From: Candidatus Poribacteria bacterium
GTDB lineage: Bacteria; Poribacteria; WGA-4E; WGA-3G
DNA length: 64,000 bases
Direction of reading: 5' to 3'
NCBI GenBank assembly: GCA_963665235.2
Contig: CAXXLX010000001.1
Location: 2,848,001 to 2,912,000, forward strand
Part shown: in pieces, positions 11,401 to 19,768 of the stretch
Layout: each line of letters opens with the position of its first letter
Position numbering within the stretch: position 1 is the first letter of the stretch
Notes under the pieces: model-generated
Seen by the model: the letters and a program-made list of their open reading frames with translations, nothing else
Databases searched by the model: none
What the model was told of the DNA's origin: nothing
Translations under genes and position numbers: made by a program

Positions 11401-12483
11401 GTTCAACCTAACACCACACAGACGCAGGAGACTCCACCACCGCGGCAGCCACGGAGAAGACGTAGAGGCGGGGTTTCAATCGCTAACGTCTACTTCCTAA
11501 ATTCACAACAGGCTTGGGCAGCCGGTGGAGCAGGCAGCATCTATCACACCGAAGATGGCGGAAAAACATGGAAACGTCAACTCGGTGAACAGCAACGCAA
11601 TAACTTCCGAGAAGTCCTCTTTTATGATGATAACACCGGGTGGATAGCAGATGACAACGGCACTTTATTGGAAACCCAAGATGCCGGAAAGACGTGGAAA
11701 CAACTCCGCCAAGCACGGCAACGACTCATCGGTATCCACTTTGCAAGTCTCGACCCCAAATGGGGATGGACAATGCAACGCAACGGGACACTGCTTTATA
11801 CCACCGATGGAAATACTTGGACATCTGGGGATACGCCCGAACGGCCTCCGCTCTTTGAAGATGACCCGCCTGAAACATTTATGCTAAACGATGTTGCCTT
11901 CGGAAAATTCTCCGAAGGATGGGCAGTCGGCAGATACGGGGACATCATCCACAACAAAGATGGCGGGCCAGTCTGGAAATTACAGCGAACCACCGTCAAC
12001 GACTCACTTACGAGTGTCGATATGAAATTCGCACCCCTCGGGTGGGCAGTTGGTGAAGGCGGGGTCACACAACGCACTATCAATAGCGGCGATTATTGGA
12101 GACTCCACCCAACCGGCATCTGGTCAGCTCTCAACGATGTCTCCTTTATCTCTAAACGCAAAGGGTGGGCAGCAGGTGAATCCGGTATTGTGATAAAAAC
12201 AATTGATGGCGGTTTTACATGGAAACCGGTGTCAACCGGTGTCACCGCAACGCTCTATGCAATCGTGGCACTCTCCGAAAAGGAAATCTATGCAGTTGGG
12301 GAACAGGGGCTAATTTTACATTCAGCCGATGGTGGCGAAACATGGCAACAGGAACACACCGATATCGATAATGACCTCTATGTTATTACACGTGCCAAGA
12401 ATGGTAAAACACTTTGGGTTGTCGGGCAGTGGGGAGTTGTTCTTCGCCGAAAATTGGAAAGTCCAGCAGAGGTCTCAATGTGA
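8485..12483 (+). CDS. Ycf48/Hcf136-like (BNR/Asp-box) multi-beta-propeller lipoprotein
   Basis: Lipobox LNGC; more than 20 repeats of F.D...GW.VG..G.ILHT.DGG.TW; Pro/Glu-rich linkers. Confidence 0.85.
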   Translation: MKKFQGYLIFYVITFLLGTMLLLNGCVKMEATRKAAWETHFTDLHFVNAKEGWIVGFKGLIIHTADGGKTWQKQEVNTTHNFNAVYFPNNRYGWAVGDDGLIATTDDGGRHWTLQQSNTFGMFRDVFFEDAKKGWIVGEDSDLFYTQNGGKQWKRYEAVSEFPINGVWFVSDSKGWIVGEYDRILRTDTGGESWKEQSNRFEGERDRMINDNKKVFFVSEDEGWLVGSDGSIFHTTTGGVNWERQDSRIPLINGHVRETINGIHFTNKNYGVAVADIGFITRTEDSGDNWQLMESGTKNNLTSVQFTGPKEAWAVGWNGTILHTTDAGVTWELTSGTAANDLQSMQFTDANRAIAVGRRGAMAMSNDGGRTWNEVGTDVWDGIYSIYFATDRHGWAVGERGSILHTNDGGKNWERQNSGQGLTLRAVHFASAKKGWTVGDLGTILHTANSGEHWVRQAPGGEARMLMLKGIFFLDEKRGWTVGWPGVCLSTQDGGLTWQPQTTQTFNELYAVYFADENTGWIVGQFGEILHTKNGGKNWNFQHSRTQENLNKIYFADTQHGLIVGDNGVMLTTVNGGTNWTLQKSGTDNDLRGLALSPEGVVAVGKGGIAMRYSVDDVVLPAKLPPAAPEETETVVVEEETPVETVAYHWDIIRQATWRTNFSDIHFVDAQNGWAVGSDGVIARTKDGGQTWIPQHSGVKESLQRVEFQDEKHGRILGRGLLLYTDDAGETWQQLVQTRRQNLPRISTMQFLNAQEGWLGAEIGQILRTTDGGKTWKIQKTGTTDKLITDLHFINSQEGWAVAPQRRDGGFILHTVNGGEYWKIQAKTNQPGIAVHFADETRGWVILANGNSLLTEDNGETWTLRTPTERPQRLRRITFRSHAHAWGVGGGGAFITEDQGVTWKAVPVSVGDEQLAMQQPEAETPTEPAAPEDATPETDEDPAEAFRNRLRQLRQRAGQLAPEGEIPTDSNQVQPNTTQTQETPPPRQPRRRRRGGVSIANVYFLNSQQAWAAGGAGSIYHTEDGGKTWKRQLGEQQRNNFREVLFYDDNTGWIADDNGTLLETQDAGKTWKQLRQARQRLIGIHFASLDPKWGWTMQRNGTLLYTTDGNTWTSGDTPERPPLFEDDPPETFMLNDVAFGKFSEGWAVGRYGDIIHNKDGGPVWKLQRTTVNDSLTSVDMKFAPLGWAVGEGGVTQRTINSGDYWRLHPTGIWSALNDVSFISKRKGWAAGESGIVIKTIDGGFTWKPVSTGVTATLYAIVALSEKEIYAVGEQGLILHSADGGETWQQEHTDIDNDLYVITRAKNGKTLWVVGQWGVVLRRKLESPAEVSM

Positions 12484-13584
12484 TATGTTCGGAGCAAACG
12501 GGGCTAGAGACAACGAGGGTGCTCCAGTCGTCAGCAGCTCGGCAATCAGTTGACCTGTAATCGGTGCAAGGAGAATGCCGTTTTTGAAATGTCCGGATGC
12601 CAGGACCACATTATCATAGCCAGGCAAATGTCCTATACACAGCCCTTTTTTGTAATAAGGGCGTAAACCTGCCCAGGTTTGCACAAATGTGCTTTCTGCA
12701 AGGGGCGGCGCGATAGCAATCGCTGCATCTAGCAGCTGCTTAACCCCGGCGGCTGAGGCTGTTTTGTCGTAGCCGACAAATTCCACTGTCGCACCGAGCA
12801 AAATTTTGCCATCTGCACGCGGGACGATGTAAATACCGAGCCCATCAACCGTTCGCTGGAAGAGGGGCAGCAACGTTTCAAGGAGCACTATCTGTCCTTT
12901 CGCAGGCACAATTGATATCGGAGAACCGAGCAAATTAGTGAGAGTGCCTGTCCAACACCCGGCAGCGATGACGAACGTATTTGCAGATACGGTTTCACCG
13001 TTGACAACCGCGCCCACGACACGCCCGTTCTTTCGGGTGAATTCGGTGACAGGGTTGCCTAATTTGAATCTTGTGCCGAATTTTGCGGCACCCTTTGCAA
13101 GTGCCGTAACCATTTTCGGGTTGCGTACCTGTGCATCTTCTGGGAATAGGACTGCCCCGGCAATCGTTTCGGAGATAGCGGGTTCCAATTGCCGTGCCTG
13201 TTCAGCGGATAAAACTTCGGCTGAAAAACCTCGGTTAACTCTTCGTTCCGCTAAACCGATTAGACTGGCGGCTTCTGCCTCTTTAAAAAAGATAGAGAGC
13301 GTTCCTGAACGGATAAATTCAATATCTATGTCGGTTTCAGTTTTCAGTTCCGCAGCGAGGGTGGGGTACATAGCGAGACTTGCCCGGCATAACGTCGGAT
13401 ACGGTTCATGCGTAGTGGCGTGTGATGTTAAAATCCCTGCCCCTGCCCAGGAAGCCTCTGTCCCGACGCGGGGTGCTTTCTCGATTAAGATGACATTCAC
13501 ATGCTGTTTTGCAAGCGCGTATGCAATTGCACAGCCGATAATACCCCCGCCAATAATTGCAACATCTGCCCGATTTTCGCTCAA
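12475..13584 (-). CDS. thiO: Glycine oxidase ThiO / DAO-family FAD oxidoreductase
   Basis: IIGGGIIG FAD motif, EASWAGAGIL, PAKGQ, WAGLRP, GHFKNGILLAPITG. Confidence 0.8.
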   Translation of the reverse strand: MSENRADVAIIGGGIIGCAIAYALAKQHVNVILIEKAPRVGTEASWAGAGILTSHATTHEPYPTLCRASLAMYPTLAAELKTETDIDIEFIRSGTLSIFFKEAEAASLIGLAERRVNRGFSAEVLSAEQARQLEPAISETIAGAVLFPEDAQVRNPKMVTALAKGAAKFGTRFKLGNPVTEFTRKNGRVVGAVVNGETVSANTFVIAAGCWTGTLTNLLGSPISIVPAKGQIVLLETLLPLFQRTVDGLGIYIVPRADGKILLGATVEFVGYDKTASAAGVKQLLDAAIAIAPPLAESTFVQTWAGLRPYYKKGLCIGHLPGYDNVVLASGHFKNGILLAPITGQLIAELLTTGAPSLSLAPFAPNISH

Positions 13585-13656
13585 TCTTTTTCCTCATAGT
13601 AGGATTACGTTACAGGCGTAAATTTGCTTACGACTTTGGTTGTCGTTTTACTGCAC

Positions 13657-14139
13657 TTAAGTGTTGATATTCAACAAGACGTTCCTGAAGTCTTCAAGGC
13701 TGTCGGCTTTTGCAGCAGCAACATTCAACTGATTCAGGTGTTCTAACTCACTAATCGCCTCTATAAGCGGTTTCAACGTCTCCACTGCATCAGTCTGAAA
13801 TCGAGCCGTTAGGAATGTGAGTATTGCTTCGCGCGCCTGTAGTTTTTGCCCTCGTTCGATGCCTTGTTGTATCCATTTTTTGCTTAGGTCTTGTATAACA
13901 GAAGATTCTTGCACGGTTCCCTCCACTACTGCGTTCCAAATCGTTTTGGAACCATAGATTAAACCACCTAAAATCGCAAAATCCGCTAATGTCTCTATTT
14001 TCTGCGATTCATCAACTGAATTCGTTTCAGTTTCAATGACTTCACAGGTATCCGCCTCTATGCCGAGGAATGTTGTGACAAACCCCATCGGGTCTTTGCG
14101 GACACTTCGTCCCGTAACGTTATCAAACGGTTTGGGCAA
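13657..14139 (-). pseudogene. Rpn/YhgA-like gene with the nuclease core deleted in frame; C-terminal (RpnS-like) part intact
   Basis: N-terminus PKPFD..DP..F joins directly to LADFAILGGLIY..., compared with 45371..46258; GIERGQ and L..RF tail. Confidence 0.6.
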
Positions 14140-14413
14140 GATGAGTTTGCTATCGAGGGTTACTATTTTCTGCCCGTTTGAGGGCGGTGCGTTACGATTT
14201 TGTGCCACAGTGAATCTCCTCGGTGTTGTAAAGTTTCTATCTCGAAATGTATTATATCGTATCTCTCCGGTAATTGTCAAGTTTTAAATTTGGGGATTTA
14301 GGGTCCCGCATTTTTAGACTTGACTTTAACCTGAAAATAGTTTAACATGACGTAACAGTAATTGTCAATTTTTACGATGTATAGCTTAAAAACAGAAAGT
14401 AAAGGTTTTTTGA

Positions 14414-14701
14414 ATGATACTTGGAAAAGTTACAGGAACGGTCGTCGCAACGCAGAAAGATGAGAAACTTGTCGGTAGCAAGTTGATGATTGTTCAAGAT
14501 GTCAATTTAGATGGCGAATTAGAGCGGACGTACACAGTCGCCGTGGATGCGGTTGGAGCGGGCATTGGTGAAATTGTGTTAGTGGCAACCGGCAGCTCCG
14601 CGCGGCAGACGAGTGTAACCAGCAATAAACCGGTGGATGCGGTTGTGATGGCGATTGTGGATACCGTTGAAGTCTGCGGCGAAATTCGTTACCATAAATA
14701 G
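14414..14701 (+). CDS. eutN: Bacterial microcompartment vertex protein (EutN/CcmL)
   Basis: MILGKVTGTVVATQK, VAVDAVGAGIGEIVLV..GSSAR, PVDAVVMAIVD. Confidence 0.92.
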   Translation: MILGKVTGTVVATQKDEKLVGSKLMIVQDVNLDGELERTYTVAVDAVGAGIGEIVLVATGSSARQTSVTSNKPVDAVVMAIVDTVEVCGEIRYHK

Positions 14702-14716
14702 AGAGACCCGGCTGAT

Positions 14717-16465
14717 ATGGAACAGACGCAAACGTTCCAGCAAGAAGCAGACGCTGATGAACTGCCCTTAAAACTGGAGTTAATCAAGCAAATTAGGTGG
14801 CTGGTACGCCTCCGTTGGATTGCAATTGCTGGTGTTTTTTTCACCGTGACGATTGCAAATGTCGCGCGCGACATGATACCACACCCTTTACCGCTGTATC
14901 TCATCGCGGGTTTGATGGTGCTTTATAACTTTGAGCCCCACATGTATCGCAAAGCCCCCGCGCAGCAGCGGTTTATATCTATCAAACGGCAAGCGTGCGT
15001 CCATATTATTCTTGATTTACTGTCGTTGATTGCACTTATCCACTTCAGCGGGGGGGTTGAGAATCCGTTTATCTTCTATTTCATTTTTCATCTCATTATC
15101 GCGAGTATCATCTTATCGAAACGGGTCAGTTATGTGTTGGCAACACTGAATACGGTGCTATTGAGTTCGCTCATTTTCTTGGAGTATTATGAGATTCTAC
15201 CGCACTATCATCTCAATAATTTTCTACCAGAGGCACTCTGGCGCGACCCAATCTATATTTTAGGGGTCTTATTTGTATTTACAAGCACCCTTTTCTTTTC
15301 TGTTTATCTCGCTACGACTATCACACAGACAGCGCGGGAGCGGGAAGCAGAGACACGCGAACTCAAGGAGCACTTGGAGGAGAAGGTTATTGAACTCGTT
15401 GAAACCCGAAAAGAGGTTGTGTTCGAACGGAACAAACTCAAATCAATTATTGAATGTATGCAGGAGGGCGTTGTCTTTGTCGATTCTACCAAACAGGCGA
15501 CTCTCTTCAACAAAGCGGCACAACGGATTCAGGAGGAACACATCGGTTTAGATATAGCGGCTGACATGCAATTTGGCAGTGCCGAAACACTTGCCCAAAT
15601 CTCTCGCGAATTCGCTGATGGGGTAGATGCCATTGAGAGAAAAAACCTACAGGTACAGGACAAATACTTTGAAAATAGCTACGCCGCTGTCCGCGATGAT
15701 GAGGACAACTACCTCGGGACAGTTCTTGTGTCACGCGATGTGACCGATAGAAAACGGATGGAGCAGCAGCTTATCTTTTCAGAGAAAATGGCGGCGATTG
15801 GCGAACTAGCCGCTGGAGTCGCCCATGAAATTAACAATCCGCTTGACGGTTTATTGAACTGTATCCTTCGCATACAGCGCAACCCGAATAACATCGCACA
15901 GATGCAAGAATACCTCGGATTAATGGAAGAAGCTATCCGGCGCATTGAAACGACAATCGGAAAATTACTTGACTTCTCGCGACCGCATGAACTTACGCTC
16001 ACCGATATTAATCTAAATGAGGTTGTCAGTGAAACCGTGGGGCTACTCGAATATGGCGCGTCCGAAAAAGGAATTCAGATTAAGAAGGATTTTCAAGAAC
16101 AGATAGTCCCGTTACACGGCGATAAACACCTATTGGAGCAGGTTATCCTCAATCTCGCTTTGAATGCTATTACAGCGATGCCATCGGGCGGCATCCTCCG
16201 ATTCCAAACAGGCGACATCGCCTTGGACGCTTTGCTCGGAAAACCTGCACTCTATCTTAAAGTCATTGATACAGGTATCGGCATGCCGAAAACTGTTCAA
16301 GATCGAATTTTCGACCCGTTTTACACAACACAAATAACCGAAAAGGGAACTGGACTCGGCCTCTCAGTGTCCGATAGAATTGTGCGCCAGCATCAGGGAG
16401 TCATTGAAGTAGAGAGCGTAGAGGGACAAGGTTCGACGTTTATTGTAAAATTACCCATCACATAA
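14717..16465 (+). CDS. Membrane sensor histidine kinase with PAS domain (NtrB/PilS-like)
   Basis: TM region, AHEINNPL H-box, NLALNA, DTGIG, FDPFYTT, GTGLGL. Confidence 0.92.
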   Translation: MEQTQTFQQEADADELPLKLELIKQIRWLVRLRWIAIAGVFFTVTIANVARDMIPHPLPLYLIAGLMVLYNFEPHMYRKAPAQQRFISIKRQACVHIILDLLSLIALIHFSGGVENPFIFYFIFHLIIASIILSKRVSYVLATLNTVLLSSLIFLEYYEILPHYHLNNFLPEALWRDPIYILGVLFVFTSTLFFSVYLATTITQTAREREAETRELKEHLEEKVIELVETRKEVVFERNKLKSIIECMQEGVVFVDSTKQATLFNKAAQRIQEEHIGLDIAADMQFGSAETLAQISREFADGVDAIERKNLQVQDKYFENSYAAVRDDEDNYLGTVLVSRDVTDRKRMEQQLIFSEKMAAIGELAAGVAHEINNPLDGLLNCILRIQRNPNNIAQMQEYLGLMEEAIRRIETTIGKLLDFSRPHELTLTDINLNEVVSETVGLLEYGASEKGIQIKKDFQEQIVPLHGDKHLLEQVILNLALNAITAMPSGGILRFQTGDIALDALLGKPALYLKVIDTGIGMPKTVQDRIFDPFYTTQITEKGTGLGLSVSDRIVRQHQGVIEVESVEGQGSTFIVKLPIT

Positions 16466-16487
16466 AAACAAACATAGGGGGTCTCAC

Positions 16488-17828
16488 ATGAAAATACTCG
16501 TTGTTGACGATGAAAAATTAAAACGCATCACGTTACGCGATGATTTACGCGAATCAAACTACGATGTCATCGCCGTAGAATCCCCGTTAATAGGACTCCA
16601 GCTCTTGCAACAGGAGCCTTTTGATGTCCTTGTAACCGACTTACGGATGCCGCAGATGCACGGGATTGATTTCCTCAAACGGGTTAAAAAGGAACATCCC
16701 CATATCACCGTAATCGTCATGACGGCTTACGCTAGCGTTGAAACCGCTGTTGAGGCACTGAGATTCGGGGCATACAACTACATAAAAAAACCTTTTTCAA
16801 GCGACGAGCTAATACTCATGCTGGATAAACTGAAAGCACTCCGGGGTAAAACACCGGTCGAAAATGCCCAGTCGCCCCTCGTAACACTTGGGACGGACCA
16901 ACAGCCCTCTCTCTACCAAACATTAATTGGCAAAAGCCCACAGATTCAAGAAATTTTTAAATTAATACCAAATGTTGCAGCTGCAGACAGCAATGTGCTC
17001 CTATATGGTGAAGCGGGGACAGGCAAATCGCTCCTTGCAAAAACGATACACCTCGGCAGCTCCCGAAAGCACAAACCTTACGTGAACCTCAATTGTGCCG
17101 GAATGACTACTGAAACGTTGGAAACAGAGCTCTTTGGCAATGAGGCGCGCCAAGGGAAATTGCAACTAGCGAACCACGGCACGCTTTTCATCGCAAATGT
17201 AGACACGATTCCGATGGCACTACAAGCGAAACTGCTAGCGGTACTAGAGGAACAAACGCTTGAGGGGACAACAGAAAACGTGAATTTGCGAATTATTTCA
17301 ACAACGCGCGAAAATCTCAAGGAGAAAACCCAGCGCGGCGAATTTCACGATGAACTCTATTACCTATTGAACGTTATCCCGCTCTTCCTACCGCCGTTAC
17401 GGGAACGGAAAGGCGATATACAGGTGCTTATCAACCATTTTTTAGATATTTTCTCACCGCACCACCCCATCCGAATTGAGCAGGAGGCGGTCAATACGCT
17501 TGTCGCTTATCCGTGGCCGGGGAACGTCAGCGAACTTGAGAATATAATTGAGAGGCTCGTGGCGGTTAGCGATGGGGCAAATATCACGGCTGAGGACATC
17601 CCTATTGAACTTAAGCTTCCAATGCCGCAGCAACTTGACGACATGCTGAGCTTGACCTCGTTCCACGAAATTATTAAGTCCACCGAACGGGAACTTATTG
17701 CATGGGCAATGCGAAAAACAAAAGGGAACAAAACGCAGGCCGCACGGTTGCTCTCAATGAAACCGTCTACCTTTCGCGACGCGCTTGCAAAGCACAGTAA
17801 TATATCGGGTATTCTGAGCGTGCCATGA
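16488..17828 (+). CDS. NtrC-family response regulator with degenerate AAA+ domain
   Basis: Receiver VVDD..DLRMP, GEAGTGKS, WPGNVSELEN, Fis-type HTH; GAFTGA loop missing. Confidence 0.88.
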   Translation: MKILVVDDEKLKRITLRDDLRESNYDVIAVESPLIGLQLLQQEPFDVLVTDLRMPQMHGIDFLKRVKKEHPHITVIVMTAYASVETAVEALRFGAYNYIKKPFSSDELILMLDKLKALRGKTPVENAQSPLVTLGTDQQPSLYQTLIGKSPQIQEIFKLIPNVAAADSNVLLYGEAGTGKSLLAKTIHLGSSRKHKPYVNLNCAGMTTETLETELFGNEARQGKLQLANHGTLFIANVDTIPMALQAKLLAVLEEQTLEGTTENVNLRIISTTRENLKEKTQRGEFHDELYYLLNVIPLFLPPLRERKGDIQVLINHFLDIFSPHHPIRIEQEAVNTLVAYPWPGNVSELENIIERLVAVSDGANITAEDIPIELKLPMPQQLDDMLSLTSFHEIIKSTERELIAWAMRKTKGNKTQAARLLSMKPSTFRDALAKHSNISGILSVP

Positions 17829-17856
17829 ATCAAATCCAGTGGGAAGACTAAAGACA

Positions 17857-18070
17857 GTAAAGATCACCCAGCTAAAGCTTGGGTGCTTTGACAAAGCGTA
17901 GCCACACACGTTCCCTGTCAAGGATTAAGTTCTTCACTACAGTAATATATCGGGTATTCTGAGCGTGGCAGCTCATAAGATGTCTCGGATGCTCCCCAAG
18001 TCCGACCCCTCTCTGAATACCTGATCTGGATGGGGAAACCATATACAACCCGAAAGGGAGATTACAAACT
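17857..18070 (+). ncRNA. omega-RNA scaffold of IsrB copy 1 (guide expected from ~20 nt just upstream)
   Basis: About 210 nt non-coding, conserved in copy 2 with compensatory changes; TCGGA-TGCTCCCCAAG-TCCGA hairpin with loop CCCC complementary to downstream GGGG. Confidence 0.8.
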
Positions 18071-19123
18071 ATGTTTGTTCCGGTTCAAAGCAAGTCTGGC
18101 AAACCCTTAATGCCGACAGATTCTAACAAAGCGGGTGTGCTAATCAAAAAAGGATTGGCAACGCCATATTGGCGTAACGGTATCTTTTGTATTCGGTTAA
18201 ACTACGAGACAAAAGAACACACACAGGAAATCTGTGTGGGCGTGGACCCTGGCTCCAAGAAAGAAGGCTTCACGGTGAAGTCTGAGGCTCACACATATCT
18301 GAATGTGCAAGCGGATGCACATAACAAGGTTGGAAAAAAAGTTAAAAGAAGACGTATATTGAGACGGGGTCGTAGAACCCGGAAGTGTCCAAACCGGAAG
18401 CATCGAACAAATCGAGTAGCGAAGAAAGCACGGCTCCCGGCAGGCACCCGTGCCCGTTGGGATTGGAAACTTCGGATATTAGATTGGTTGTCTAAACTTT
18501 ATCCTGTTACACACGTCTGCGTTGAGGACATCAAAGCACGGACTATTGAACGTGCTAAGAAATGGAACACAGCTTTTAGTCCACTTGAGGTGGGCAAGAC
18601 CTGGTTTTATGGTGAGATAGAAAAGCGGTGGGAGCTGCTAACCCTTCAAGGGTGGCAGACAAAACAGCTGCGTGACAAGCTCGGTTTGAAAAAGTCATCT
18701 CAAAAGTTGGCAGAGACTTTTGAGGCACATTGCGTTGACTCGTGGTGTTTAGCCTACTATACCGTGGGGGGTGATGCGGAAACCGTGGACAATACAGACA
18801 TATTCTGCATTTCACCGATACCCATACGTAGGCGTGAACTGCATCGGCAGAACCCACAAACCGGGGGAAAGAGACCCCGCTATGGGGGGACTGTGCTAAC
18901 GGATACACTTATCAAAAACACACTGATCAAACATGGTAAGCATGGTATCACACGTCCGAGGTCCCACCGAGGACATCCTATTACGGGTATTAATGCAAAA
19001 GGGTTGTTTTCTATCTATAGCTTAGAAGGTGAACGCCTCACAACGGGTGCGAAACGCACAGATTTTCAAGTGCTAACACGCTTGAACTTCAACTATAAAG
19101 GCGGATTTTCCTCCCCCGCATAA
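18071..19123 (+). CDS. isrB: IsrB RNA-guided nickase (PLMP/RRXRR + split RuvC, no HNH)
   Basis: KPLMPT, GVDPG (RuvC-I), Arg-rich bridge helix, VEDIK (RuvC-II), AHCVDS (RuvC-III); 350 aa with no HNH insert. Confidence 0.85.
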   Translation: MFVPVQSKSGKPLMPTDSNKAGVLIKKGLATPYWRNGIFCIRLNYETKEHTQEICVGVDPGSKKEGFTVKSEAHTYLNVQADAHNKVGKKVKRRRILRRGRRTRKCPNRKHRTNRVAKKARLPAGTRARWDWKLRILDWLSKLYPVTHVCVEDIKARTIERAKKWNTAFSPLEVGKTWFYGEIEKRWELLTLQGWQTKQLRDKLGLKKSSQKLAETFEAHCVDSWCLAYYTVGGDAETVDNTDIFCISPIPIRRRELHRQNPQTGGKRPRYGGTVLTDTLIKNTLIKHGKHGITRPRSHRGHPITGINAKGLFSIYSLEGERLTTGAKRTDFQVLTRLNFNYKGGFSSPA

Positions 19124-19153
19124 ATGCTGAGGGTTTCCAATCCGAAGAACTTG

Positions 19154-19759
19154 ATGAATGTGACACCTGAACAGAAACGTGAAGCTATTCGCGCAGAAAC
19201 TTTGCGGCACCGTGAGCAGCTTTCATTCACAGCCCGGACCACACGAAGTAAACAAATTGCCGCGCACGTGACGCAGTGGATACAGCAAACTGAAGAAACC
19301 ACGCTTGAGGCGGTGATGGTTTATCTAAGTATGAAAAGTGAGGTGCAAACCTACGGGCTCATCGACTCACTTTTCACTCTAGGAAAGCGGGTTATTGCCC
19401 CGGAGGTTGACGTGGCGAACCGTCAACTCATACCGCGGCACATCCAGAATCTGGAAACGGACCTAGTCCGCCACCCGTACGGCATGTTGCAACCGAATGC
19501 AACATGCCCCGTTTTTCCAAGCATGCAACTTCAACTTGTGCTTGTCCCCGGTATCGCCTTCGATGTGAACGGGTATCGCCTCGGATACGGCAAGGGGTTT
19601 TATGACCGTTTTCTACCGACATGTCCGAACGCTGTCACAATCGGTCTCGCTTATCAGCTACAACTTGTGGAGGAGACTTATCCGCAACCGTGGGATGTCC
19701 CTGTGCAACATATTTTCACAGAAAATGGACGAATTGCAATTTCTAGCCGCGCCCGATAG
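19154..19759 (+). CDS. 5-formyltetrahydrofolate cyclo-ligase (alternative element-derived start at 19124)
   Basis: KREAIR, YLSMKSEV, LVPGIAFDVNGYRLGYGKGFYDRFL, WDVPV. Confidence 0.92.
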   Translation: MNVTPEQKREAIRAETLRHREQLSFTARTTRSKQIAAHVTQWIQQTEETTLEAVMVYLSMKSEVQTYGLIDSLFTLGKRVIAPEVDVANRQLIPRHIQNLETDLVRHPYGMLQPNATCPVFPSMQLQLVLVPGIAFDVNGYRLGYGKGFYDRFLPTCPNAVTIGLAYQLQLVEETYPQPWDVPVQHIFTENGRIAISSRAR

Positions 19760-19768
19760 CTAAAAACG

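Larger units (their letters stand above)
17857..19153 (+). mobile_element. IS200/IS605-superfamily non-autonomous IsrB (OMEGA) element, copy 1
   Basis: Ends defined by homology with 32687..33950: GTAAAGATCACCC... to ...CCGAAGAACTTG|ATGAA; subterminal hairpins; no tnpA inside. Confidence 0.8.

Noticed and set aside
8485-12483. Photosynthesis gene (Ycf48)
   Set aside because: Generic BNR beta-propeller repeats; no photosystem genes present.
18071-19123. IscB, Cas9 or TnpB call
   Set aside because: No HNH between RuvC-II and RuvC-III; PLMP N-terminus and upstream RNA indicate IsrB.
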